Below are positions 1 to 6,939 of a stretch of 37,979 nt of DNA, one piece after another (position 1 is the first letter of the stretch; each line of letters begins with the position of its first letter). Under the pieces are notes generated by a model. The model saw only the letters and a list, made by a program, of their open reading frames with translations. It searched no databases and was not told the DNA's origin. Source of the stretch: Planctomycetota bacterium (GTDB lineage Bacteria > Planctomycetota > SZUA-567 > H5-PLA8); the NCBI GenBank assembly GCA_038227875.1, contig JBBRPR010000077.1, positions 1-37,979 on the forward strand. The letters run 5' to 3'. The translations under genes and the position numbers were made by a program.

Positions 1-139
1 CAAAACTCCGCTGCCGTAACCTCTCCCATGTGGCGTATCCTTTCTGCCCCGCTGTGGGGGCTTTGGTGTTCCTTTGACAGATCACCAAGGATACGCCGCA
101 CTTTTCCTCCCGCCCAATCCACAAGATTTGACAATACCC

Positions 140-595
140 CTAGAAATAGTACGGCCAGCCGTAATAGATCTGAGTGCCGTGTTCATCCTGAGCCGACAGG
201 AAATGAAATGGGGAGGGAAAACAATTCAGGAAGAGAACCAACCCGCACGCCAGCGTAATCACGATCAGGGTAGCTAAGTGTACTTGCCAAAATCCCCGTT
301 GGTGCGGCTCGTCGACTGCGTATCGGGACCCTTCAGCAACCTCTCGCTTTCGAATAATTTGCTCGAGTGCCAGCGCCGTAATACCAATCACAATGACGTC
401 AAGCATGATGCATACAAGCGGATTCGAAGGCGGATGCTCGTAGGCAATATTGACGAAACCGCTGAAATGCGGCACAAAAAACCAGTTAATGCCACGTAAG
501 TTCATCGGCACCAATAGGCCCCATTCAATTAACAGAATTGCAAGCGTACTAAAATGTATCTGCCAAAACCGCCGCTTAGGCCATTCCCTATTCAC
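140..595 (-). CDS. Membrane protein of the RRxWFQIHLSTL family; two fused units, second possibly truncated
   Basis: GTG at 595 overlaps the upstream TAG (588-590). Unit 1: KRRFWQIHFSTLAILL-TM...TM-LEQIIRKRE. Unit 2: RGFWQVHLATLIVITL-TM...YYGWP, then TAG before the expected second TM. Confidence 0.65.
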   Translation of the reverse strand: MNREWPKRRFWQIHFSTLAILLIEWGLLVPMNLRGINWFFVPHFSGFVNIAYEHPPSNPLVCIMLDVIVIGITALALEQIIRKREVAEGSRYAVDEPHQRGFWQVHLATLIVITLACGLVLFLNCFPSPFHFLSAQDEHGTQIYYGWPYYF

Positions 596-944
596 GCGGC
601 ACCTTGCTTTCATGCGTTCGGGATGAAAGCTTTTGGGATATGAACAATAGTAAAAAGTATGGGGCACACGTAGCGACTAGCCAAAACAATGTATTTAACG
701 CGACATGCAAGAAAAATCGCTCAACTTCAACCTTCCTTTTAATTGTAAGATCAGCATTGGCAACTCCACTATATGTCTGAAAAGGCGTTCCAAAGTAGCA
801 TATCTGTCCTTCATGCCTAATCGGCCGTGCTCCAATTTGTCGTTCGACACACATTTCTGCAGCTAATGAAGCTCCGACCAAAGATAATATAATCAACGTC
901 GAAAGGTTTATTTGAAACCACCGTCGGCGCGGAGACTCAGTCAT
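588..944 (-). CDS. Small two-TM membrane protein, RRxWFQIHLSTL family
   Basis: MTESPRRRWFQINLSTLIILSLVGA; YFGTPF at the YGWP-equivalent position; second TM near the C-terminus; ATGA overlap with the upstream gene. Confidence 0.75.
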   Translation of the reverse strand: MTESPRRRWFQINLSTLIILSLVGASLAAEMCVERQIGARPIRHEGQICYFGTPFQTYSGVANADLTIKRKVEVERFFLHVALNTLFWLVATCAPYFLLLFISQKLSSRTHESKVPRE

Positions 945-1123
945 CGGCGCTTTACCTCGCGACGGCGGGCGGCCCGAAGGCCTTTCCGAGTAATGTAAAT
1001 CTTTTTGGGTTTATATACTTCCAGTTGCTCAACCAGGACGCAGTTCGTCTCCCACAATTTTTCAACAATGCGTTCAAGTTCCTTGATTCTCTTCCGCAAT
1101 GTGTTGATTTCTGACTGTTTCAT
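941..1123 (-). CDS. Small basic coiled-coil hypothetical protein
   Basis: 60-aa ORF coupled by ATGA overlaps at both ends; heptad pattern INTLRKRIKELERIVEKL; ends ARRREVKRR like its neighbours. Confidence 0.6.
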   Translation of the reverse strand: MKQSEINTLRKRIKELERIVEKLWETNCVLVEQLEVYKPKKIYITRKGLRAARRREVKRR

Positions 1124-1389
1124 GGCCTGCGGCCCTCGCAGCCGCGGCGGATCAGCAACTCACAGCCGACAACAAAGAGTATCAAGCAGCCGCCCTGAAA
1201 CAGCGCCAGCCTGAGAGTTTCGTTTTGCGCGTAACGTTGCCAATTTCGCCTGTGCTGCCCTTCAGGATCACGCGAAATTTCCCGATAGTAGCGCAGGTCC
1301 GCATAAATCATTCCGCCCGCAATTAACGCTGCGATAAGCAGGGTCGAAAGATGAAGTTGGAACGGAGGCTGCTTCGGTGTGTCGCTCAT
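1120..1389 (-). CDS. Small two-TM membrane protein, RRxWFQIHLSTL family
   Basis: KQPPFQLHLSTLLIAALIAGG...TM...CELLIRRGCEGRRP; ATGA overlaps at both ends. Confidence 0.75.
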   Translation of the reverse strand: MSDTPKQPPFQLHLSTLLIAALIAGGMIYADLRYYREISRDPEGQHRRNWQRYAQNETLRLALFQGGCLILFVVGCELLIRRGCEGRRP

Positions 1390-1748
1390 CGCTTGCAGCC
1401 CTCGCGGCGGCGGAGGAGGGATTCGGTGGCATATGCAACTGCAAAGAGAGTCAGAGCGAGAGCCCCGATGTTTTCAAACAGCATGAAATAATTCAATAAG
1501 TAAACATCTGCTCCAATCGTGAACATCTGCGTCGGCCACCCTATAATAAAGTTGATCGTTAATTTCCCATCCGGAAAGAACGTCAGCATTTTGCTGCTCG
1601 GGAATCCTGCCTCAAAAATATCTATGCGAGATTGTTCAATCCTCCGTTGATGGATGTTGGCGAGAATGAATCCTCCCGCCGCAATCATCATCAGCACTGC
1701 CGTCAGCAGATGGAACCTGAACCACGAGCGCCTGGGGCTGGAGGTCAT
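1386..1748 (-). CDS. Small two-TM membrane protein, RRxWFQIHLSTL family
   Basis: PRRSWFRFHLLTAVLMMIAAGGFILAN...GWP...TM...ESLLRRREGCKR; ATGA overlaps at both ends. Confidence 0.75.
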   Translation of the reverse strand: MTSSPRRSWFRFHLLTAVLMMIAAGGFILANIHQRRIEQSRIDIFEAGFPSSKMLTFFPDGKLTINFIIGWPTQMFTIGADVYLLNYFMLFENIGALALTLFAVAYATESLLRRREGCKR

Positions 1749-2650
1749 GGCCTGTGGAGCTCGTTCGCGTCCTGATACGCGTCGATCATTACGGGAATCG
1801 CACCGTCGCCAATACTGGTTAGGCCTTTAATGGCCGGAATATAATCCAGAGTAATCGCAGCGGTCTTAGTCTTGAGGTCCATCGCCATGATTTGTGCCGC
1901 ATCAGCGGCCTCGGCACAGGAGGGATCGATCATTGCCAAGGCATACGCCGCAGCGCTCGAAACGAGATGCGCAAGCCCCTTGCGCTGCTCATCATTGATA
2001 GTCTTTTCGAATTTAAGGAAGGGAATGATGACAGGAACGGCATCCTTCGCGTCCGGACCAATATTGCCGAGCGTTTGAATTGCTTCGGACAATTCCATGG
2101 ATTCAAAATCGGCAACGGAAAGCAATGCGATGATCGCCGGAACGGCATCCTTTGCCTTGGGTCCCATCATTGATAACGCTTCCAGTGCTTTTCTACGCGT
2201 AAGTACATCAGATCCACTGGCAAGTGTACCTGCCAGCCCCTGCACAGTTTTTGGAAGGTCACAATTGATAATATGCAGTCCATCGCGGCCAATCAAGAAG
2301 TCGCTCGAATCTGGATTTCTAAGCGCGGCGACGAGCGCCGGAATCGCCTTTTTTCCTAAGTGTGTCAACGCTTCGGCCGCCGCCAACCGTACCTGCACGT
2401 CGGAGTCACGCAGTAGTCGGATCAGTTGGGGAGCGGCAGGCTCTGCCGTGGATGCATTGAGCGATTTAATGGCTTGCATGCGAACGACTGCATCACTGCT
2501 TGAGAACGCAGAAGCGGGTGCGTTCTCTGGTTTGTCTACATCGTGGCGGCGCAACACTGCCACGATAAATAACAATCCCACCCCTGCGAAAATCGCAATT
2601 GCAGTCTTCAAGGTTACCTGACCAACCCATTTCTGTTTCTTTTCGACCAT
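1745..2650 (-). CDS. Membrane-anchored HEAT/PBS-lyase-like repeat protein, possibly C-terminally truncated
   Basis: N-terminal TM (TAIAIFAGVGLLFIVAVL); repeats LIRLLRDSDVQVRLAAAEAL, MGPKAKDAVPAII, IGPDAKDAVPVII. ATG 2650 chosen because it lies 7 nt after TGGTACAAT. Confidence 0.8.
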   Translation of the reverse strand: MVEKKQKWVGQVTLKTAIAIFAGVGLLFIVAVLRRHDVDKPENAPASAFSSSDAVVRMQAIKSLNASTAEPAAPQLIRLLRDSDVQVRLAAAEALTHLGKKAIPALVAALRNPDSSDFLIGRDGLHIINCDLPKTVQGLAGTLASGSDVLTRRKALEALSMMGPKAKDAVPAIIALLSVADFESMELSEAIQTLGNIGPDAKDAVPVIIPFLKFEKTINDEQRKGLAHLVSSAAAYALAMIDPSCAEAADAAQIMAMDLKTKTAAITLDYIPAIKGLTSIGDGAIPVMIDAYQDANELHRP

Positions 2651-2657
2651 GCGCAGG

Positions 2658-2666
2658 ATTGTACCA
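2658..2666 (-). promoter_or_regulatory. Extended -10 (TGnTACAAT), probable leaderless promoter for the HEAT gene and downstream array
   Basis: Minus strand reads TGG TACAAT CCTGCGC ATG; no Shine-Dalgarno sequence. Confidence 0.5.
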
Positions 2667-2710
2667 CCTCCCACACCTCCGGCTATCTTTTCCCAGCCCT
2701 AGCGCCGCCA

Positions 2711-2761
2711 CCGCCTCCAGCATTCGCCCGCATTCATGCTAGAATGCGGCCATGCGCCTGT
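2711..2761. repeat. 51-bp exact direct repeat, copy 1 (part of a ~110-bp diverged duplication)
   Basis: CCGCCTCCAGCATTCGCCCGCATTCATGCTAGAATGCGGCCATGCGCCTGT is identical to 3413-3463; imperfect similarity extends left to ~2655. Confidence 0.95.
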
Positions 2762-2811
2762 CGCCCGTTCAGCAGACCAAGTTATCCCAACTTCCGGGTC
2801 GATGTCTAAAT

Positions 2812-3348
2812 TCATGACAGGACGTTTGGACGGAGCAGCGGCAGGTATTTTTCACGACCATGCCGTTGAACAAATTCGACGTAACTTGCATCGCAGAGTG
2901 CTGGATGACCGGGCACGGCATAGGGCGATGCCGATTCGATGAGTTTACATGCGGCAACGGGTTCGATGCCGCAGGCGACAAAGTAGAGCGACAGGATTGT
3001 CGGAGATCGGTTTATACCGGCGTGGCAGTGTACGAAGATTTTGCTTCCTTCCAGCATGAGTGATTGATGAATGGCGTCCAGACAATCGAGCAGCACGGGC
3101 TTTGGGATTAGCCTGCCGTCCACGATTGGCTTCCAGACGATTCCCGAAAATCCCATCTGCTTGAATAGCTCGGCGTCCAAATAGGGTAGGTCAAAATTGA
3201 AAAGATGCGTGACCCCACCTGCTCGAAGCAACCGGCAATCCGTCTCATCGGGATAGCCGCCCTGAGCGATGGCCCGCGTGATCCAGTAGATGCCGTTTTC
3301 CTCGAACGTCTTGCGAGTCGGAGGCATTGAATTTTCATCGTCGTCCAT
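2812..3348 (-). CDS. Dual-specificity/tyrosine phosphatase family protein
   Basis: Catalytic loop IFVHCHAGINRS (HCxxGxxR) and acid-loop-like WKPIVDG; start placed at ATG 3348. Confidence 0.85.
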   Translation of the reverse strand: MDDDENSMPPTRKTFEENGIYWITRAIAQGGYPDETDCRLLRAGGVTHLFNFDLPYLDAELFKQMGFSGIVWKPIVDGRLIPKPVLLDCLDAIHQSLMLEGSKIFVHCHAGINRSPTILSLYFVACGIEPVAACKLIESASPYAVPGHPALCDASYVEFVQRHGREKYLPLLRPNVLS

Positions 3349-3412
3349 GATCCGCCGTTCTACCTCCCTTCCGCTACTTCGGCCATCTATTCCCGGCCAT
3401 CGCGTCCAGCCG

Positions 3413-3463
3413 CCGCCTCCAGCATTCGCCCGCATTCATGCTAGAATGCGGCCATGCGCCTGT
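3413..3463. repeat. 51-bp exact direct repeat, copy 2
   Basis: Identical to 2711-2761 (offset 702 bp); contains inverted repeat CCGCATTC-N6-GAATGCGG and the start codon of the FGE-domain gene. Confidence 0.95.
3439..3447 (+). promoter_or_regulatory. Extended -10 (TGnTAGAAT), probable leaderless promoter of the FGE-domain gene
   Basis: TGC TAGAAT GCGGCC ATG (ATG 3454, 6 nt downstream); no Shine-Dalgarno sequence. Confidence 0.5.
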
Positions 3464-4494
3464 TGCCGCTCATCGTCATCGTGCTGGCCGGATCGCTGGC
3501 CGCGTCTGAGCCTGCACCCGCCTATCCGCTTTGGGACGGCGTGGAGTCCGTGGCCGACTACGCCAAGAAAGTCAATCTGCCGCCTACGAAGACGCTGGAC
3601 CTCGGCAACGGCGTGAAACTCGAACTGCTGCTGATCCCGGCTGGGAAGTTTGTCATGGGGACGCCGGAGCACGAAAAGCCTGTGATCGGACAATCGATGA
3701 CGGGGATCAGCGGTGGCATCCTTCTTCTCGTGGTGGCGGTCTGGTTGATCCGCGCCCGGCGTAACCGGAAGCGGCCTCAGTTCTCAATGGGGTTGATGCT
3801 AGTGATGACGTTTGTGGCGGCGATTGGCGTCTGGGGCGGCGTGCGTTGGAACGATGCCGTGAAACACCCGGACGATTTTCCAGCCGAACATCCGGCGCAC
3901 CCGGTGACGATGACCCAGCCATTCTATATGGGGAAGTACGATGTAACGCAGGAACAGTACCAAGCCGTGATCGGGACGAATCCCAGCCATTTCAAAGGCC
4001 AGGACAACCCGGTCGAGACGGTTTCATGGGATGATGCGCAGGCGTTCTGCAATAAGGTGACTGAGCAAACAAAAGCTGGCGTTCGATTGCCGACCGAAGC
4101 GGAGTGGGAGTATGCGTGCCGAGCGGGTACTACAACGGAATTCTATTCCGGCGACTTGGAGTCTGATTTGGATCGCGTGGCGTGGTATGTAGCGAACAGC
4201 AAGGGCACAACTCATCCGGTTGGGCAGAAGGAATCCAATAAATTTGTGCTGTACGACATGCACGGCAACGTGTGGCAATGGTGTCAGGACTGGTACGGTG
4301 AAGATTACTACTCCAAAGCTCCAGCTGAAAATCCGCAAGGCGCGGATCATAGTGCCTCGCGTTTGTTGCGCGGCGGTTCGTGGAAGTTCGGTCCCATGAT
4401 CTGTCGGTCGGCTCGCCGCCTCAGGCGCGCTCCGGACTACCGCTACGATGTCATTGGTTTCCGGGTGGTGGTGCCTGCGTTCAGGACGCCCTGA
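3454..4494 (+). CDS. Exported FGE-sulfatase (SUMF1/CLec-fold) domain protein with inserted TM hairpin; candidate DGR target
   Basis: Signal peptide; motifs IPAGKFVMG, PVETVSWDDA, RLPTEAEWEYACRAG, LYDMHGNVWQWCQD, RGGSW...GFRVV; two-TM insert after FVMGTPE. Confidence 0.9.
   Translation: MRLLPLIVIVLAGSLAASEPAPAYPLWDGVESVADYAKKVNLPPTKTLDLGNGVKLELLLIPAGKFVMGTPEHEKPVIGQSMTGISGGILLLVVAVWLIRARRNRKRPQFSMGLMLVMTFVAAIGVWGGVRWNDAVKHPDDFPAEHPAHPVTMTQPFYMGKYDVTQEQYQAVIGTNPSHFKGQDNPVETVSWDDAQAFCNKVTEQTKAGVRLPTEAEWEYACRAGTTTEFYSGDLESDLDRVAWYVANSKGTTHPVGQKESNKFVLYDMHGNVWQWCQDWYGEDYYSKAPAENPQGADHSASRLLRGGSWKFGPMICRSARRLRRAPDYRYDVIGFRVVVPAFRTP
4360..4494 (+). repeat. Candidate DGR variable repeat VR1
   Basis: Aligns with 4869-5006; scaffold codons are identical while intervening codons differ mostly at positions 1-2. 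Confidence 0.55.
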
Positions 4495-4496
4495 CC

Positions 4497-5006
4497 ATGC
4501 GCAACCCCTCGCCCATTCACATTCGCGTTTCGCTACTCGTCGTACTCACGACAGCCTGCTCAATCGCCCACTGCGCCGAGTCCCAATACCCGCTCTGGGA
4601 CAACCACGAATCCATCGCTGACTACGCCAAACGCGTCAACCTCCCGCCGACGAAGACGCTGGAACTGGGCGACAACGTGAAGCTGGTTGCCTGGTATGGC
4701 GGGAACAGTAAGAACACATCGCATCCTGCTGGTCAGAAGGAGGCGAATGTATTTGGGCTTTACGACATGCACGGCAACGTGTGGCAATGGTGTCAAGATT
4801 GGTTCGATAGTGACTACTACTCCAAGTCACCGGTCGAAAATCCGCAAGGCCCGGATCATGGTGCTTCCCGTTTGTTGCGTGGCGGTTCGTGGGGCGACAT
4901 CCCCTTGGCCTGTCGGTCGGCTTTTCGCTTCAGGTGCGGTATGGGGCAACGCTACTACATCTTCGGTTTCCGGGTGGTGGTGGTGCCTGCGTTCAGGACG
5001 CCTTGA
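4497..5006 (+). CDS. Internally deleted paralog of the FGE-domain gene (signal peptide, N-cap and C-terminal third)
   Basis: YPLWDNHESIADYAKRVNLPPTKTLELGDNVKL is joined in frame to VAWYGGNS; the equivalent of residues 57-241 of the upstream paralog is absent. Confidence 0.75.
   Translation: MRNPSPIHIRVSLLVVLTTACSIAHCAESQYPLWDNHESIADYAKRVNLPPTKTLELGDNVKLVAWYGGNSKNTSHPAGQKEANVFGLYDMHGNVWQWCQDWFDSDYYSKSPVENPQGPDHGASRLLRGGSWGDIPLACRSAFRFRCGMGQRYYIFGFRVVVVPAFRTP
4869..5006 (+). repeat. Candidate DGR variable repeat VR2
   Basis: See VR1. The 3' tail GGTTTCCGGGTGGTG(GTG)nCCTGCGTTCAGGACGCCYTGACC is nearly identical in both genes. Confidence 0.55.
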
Positions 5007-5026
5007 CCGCCCTCCCCCAATCCATC

Positions 5027-5055
5027 CTTAGCGCCCCTTGCGTCTTTGCGAGAAA
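5027..5055. repeat. Short CTTTGCGT-type tandem repeat
   Basis: CTTAGCGCC CCTTGCGT CTTTGCG AGA; related to 30269-30296. Confidence 0.5.
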
Positions 5056-5325
5056 AACAAAAACCCCTGCACGCAACAGCATCACAAAGTGCGCCTCATG
5101 CATATCCTGTATTATAAAATCTTTTTTACTAATTTTAAATAAATCACTTGACTTTTGCGTTCAATGACCGCTTATATAGTATAGGAAATTATGCGATGCT
5201 TCTCTTCATACCGAATATGTGCGCGAAACGGCACCGCCATTACCGACTTCTCGCCGGACTTGAATTTGAAACCGCAAGAGCGCCCCGCACGCCCCCAGCG
5301 CCCTGAAAAGGAGACCCCCAACGAT

Positions 5326-5353
5326 GTAACATTTTGTAACATTCCGTAACATT
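5326..5353. promoter_or_regulatory. Three phased GTAACATT direct repeats (10-bp period), putative protein-binding site
   Basis: GTAACATT at 5326, 5336 and 5346, upstream of asd. Confidence 0.55.
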
Positions 5354-5502
5354 GCACCTGGGGCGGGATCCCGCGGGTCGCATACCCCACTCAATCCGCA
5401 ATCCAAAAGCCCCCAGTTGAATTCCACCCATTTCCCGATAACGTGGCCAGACTCTAAACGGGCTCTGTGAAGCTCAAGGATCAAGGAAGGGAGTAGACAG
5501 TC

Positions 5503-6597
5503 ATGGCGTCTCAGGCAAGACGGCGCGTCGCGGTCGTTGGCGCGACAGGCGTGGCCGGTCAACAGTTTCTCGTGTCCCTCAAATCGCATCCCTGGTTCGA
5601 AGTCAAGCGGCTCGCCGCTTCCGAACGCAGCGCGGGTAAGAAATTCCGCGACGCCATCAAGGATTCCTCCTCCGGCGCCACGCGGTGGTTCTGCGATGCC
5701 CCCTGCCCTCCGGAAGTTCTCGACATCACCGTCGAAAACGCCGAGAAGCTGATTCTCGACGACATCGACCTGGTCTTCACGGCCATCGAAAGCGATGCGG
5801 CGAAAATCGTCGAGCCCCTCTACGCGGCCCGCGTGCCGGTGATCTCCACGGCCAGCGCCTTCCGCTACGAACCCGACGTCCCCGTCTTTCTGCCCGGCGT
5901 GAACATCGACCACGCGGCGCTGATCCCCGTGCAGCAGAAGAAGCGCGGCTGGAAAGGCTTCGTCACTCCTGGCCCCAACTGCACCACCGTCGGTCTCGTC
6001 TTTACCTTGAAGCCGCTCTACGACCGCTTCGGCATCAACAGCGTGATCATGACCAGCATGCAGGCCGTCAGCGGAGCCGGTCGCAGCCCGGGTGTGCTCA
6101 GCTACGACATTCTCGACAACATCGTGCCGTACATCCCGAAGGAAGAAGAGAAGGTTCAGACCGAGACGCAGAAGATTCTCGGCGCGCTCAAAGACAACAC
6201 GATTATTCCCGCGCCGTTCAACGTCTCCTGCACCTGCACGCGCGTGAACGTGATCGACGGCCACACCGAATGCGTGTACGTCAGCTTGAAGAAGCCGGCG
6301 ACCGCCGATGAAATCAAGCAGGCGTGGCGCGATGGCTACAAGGAATTCCTGCAGCTGGGACTGCCGAGCGCTCCGCCGGAACTGACGCACTACACGGAAG
6401 AACCCTTCCGCCCGCAGCCGCGTCTGGACCGCGACATGCACGACGGCATGGCCACGGTGATCGGCCGCCTGCGCACCGACGGCGTTTTGCAGAACGGTTT
6501 CAAGTACGTGCTGCTGAGCCACAACACCAAGATGGGCGCCGCGAAGGGCGCGGTCTTGACCGCCGAATATTTGATTAAGCGCGGCGTGATTGCATAA
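5503..6597 (+). CDS. asd: Aspartate-semialdehyde dehydrogenase (archaeal/fungal-type)
   Basis: VAVVGATGVAGQQF, HPWFE, LAASERSAGKK, GPNCTT (catalytic Cys), QAVSGAG, DNIVPYI, DGH, SHNT.GAA; GGAAGGGAG upstream. Confidence 0.93.
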   Translation: MASQARRRVAVVGATGVAGQQFLVSLKSHPWFEVKRLAASERSAGKKFRDAIKDSSSGATRWFCDAPCPPEVLDITVENAEKLILDDIDLVFTAIESDAAKIVEPLYAARVPVISTASAFRYEPDVPVFLPGVNIDHAALIPVQQKKRGWKGFVTPGPNCTTVGLVFTLKPLYDRFGINSVIMTSMQAVSGAGRSPGVLSYDILDNIVPYIPKEEEKVQTETQKILGALKDNTIIPAPFNVSCTCTRVNVIDGHTECVYVSLKKPATADEIKQAWRDGYKEFLQLGLPSAPPELTHYTEEPFRPQPRLDRDMHDGMATVIGRLRTDGVLQNGFKYVLLSHNTKMGAAKGAVLTAEYLIKRGVIA

Positions 6598-6637
6598 AGG
6601 AAAATGATCTCAATAACGTCCCTGTAAAAGTTCAACG

Positions 6638-6673
6638 CGCGCGGCCGAGACCTGAAAAAACGGCCGCGCGTTT
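6638..6673 (+). terminator. GC-rich hairpin after asd
   Basis: CGCGCGGCCG-N13-CGGCCGCGCG followed by only TTT; weak U-tract. Confidence 0.4.
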
Positions 6674-6939
6674 ATGGCCCATCCTGATCGACACCCGTGC
6701 CTCGGCAGTTCAATACAATAAGGTTGTGCGAATTCGCGATTTCTTAAGAATCGTGAAGAGCCCCTGCCGCCGGTGGCGTTCTCATAAGCGGCACAGTTAC
6801 TTGCGGCTAGTGAAATCGGATCAACCTTTTGCAGGTGCACGATGAGTAAAAGAGTGTAGCGCGATGACTTCGGGCGTGTCCGCGGGTTAAGTGAAGAAAA
6901 TATCCGTAACAAAATGGCATAAGGGGAGTCTGTCTAGGC

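Noticed and set aside
3454..5006. True formylglycine-generating enzyme activity
   Set aside because: The catalytic Cys pair motif after RGGS is absent, so a binding role for the fold is more likely.
5100..5360. Chromosomal replication origin
   Set aside because: No DnaA boxes or origin-associated genes nearby; kept only as a putative regulatory site.
5200..5500. Lysine riboswitch upstream of asd
   Set aside because: I could not identify the conserved riboswitch motifs or a terminator; an Rfam scan would settle it.
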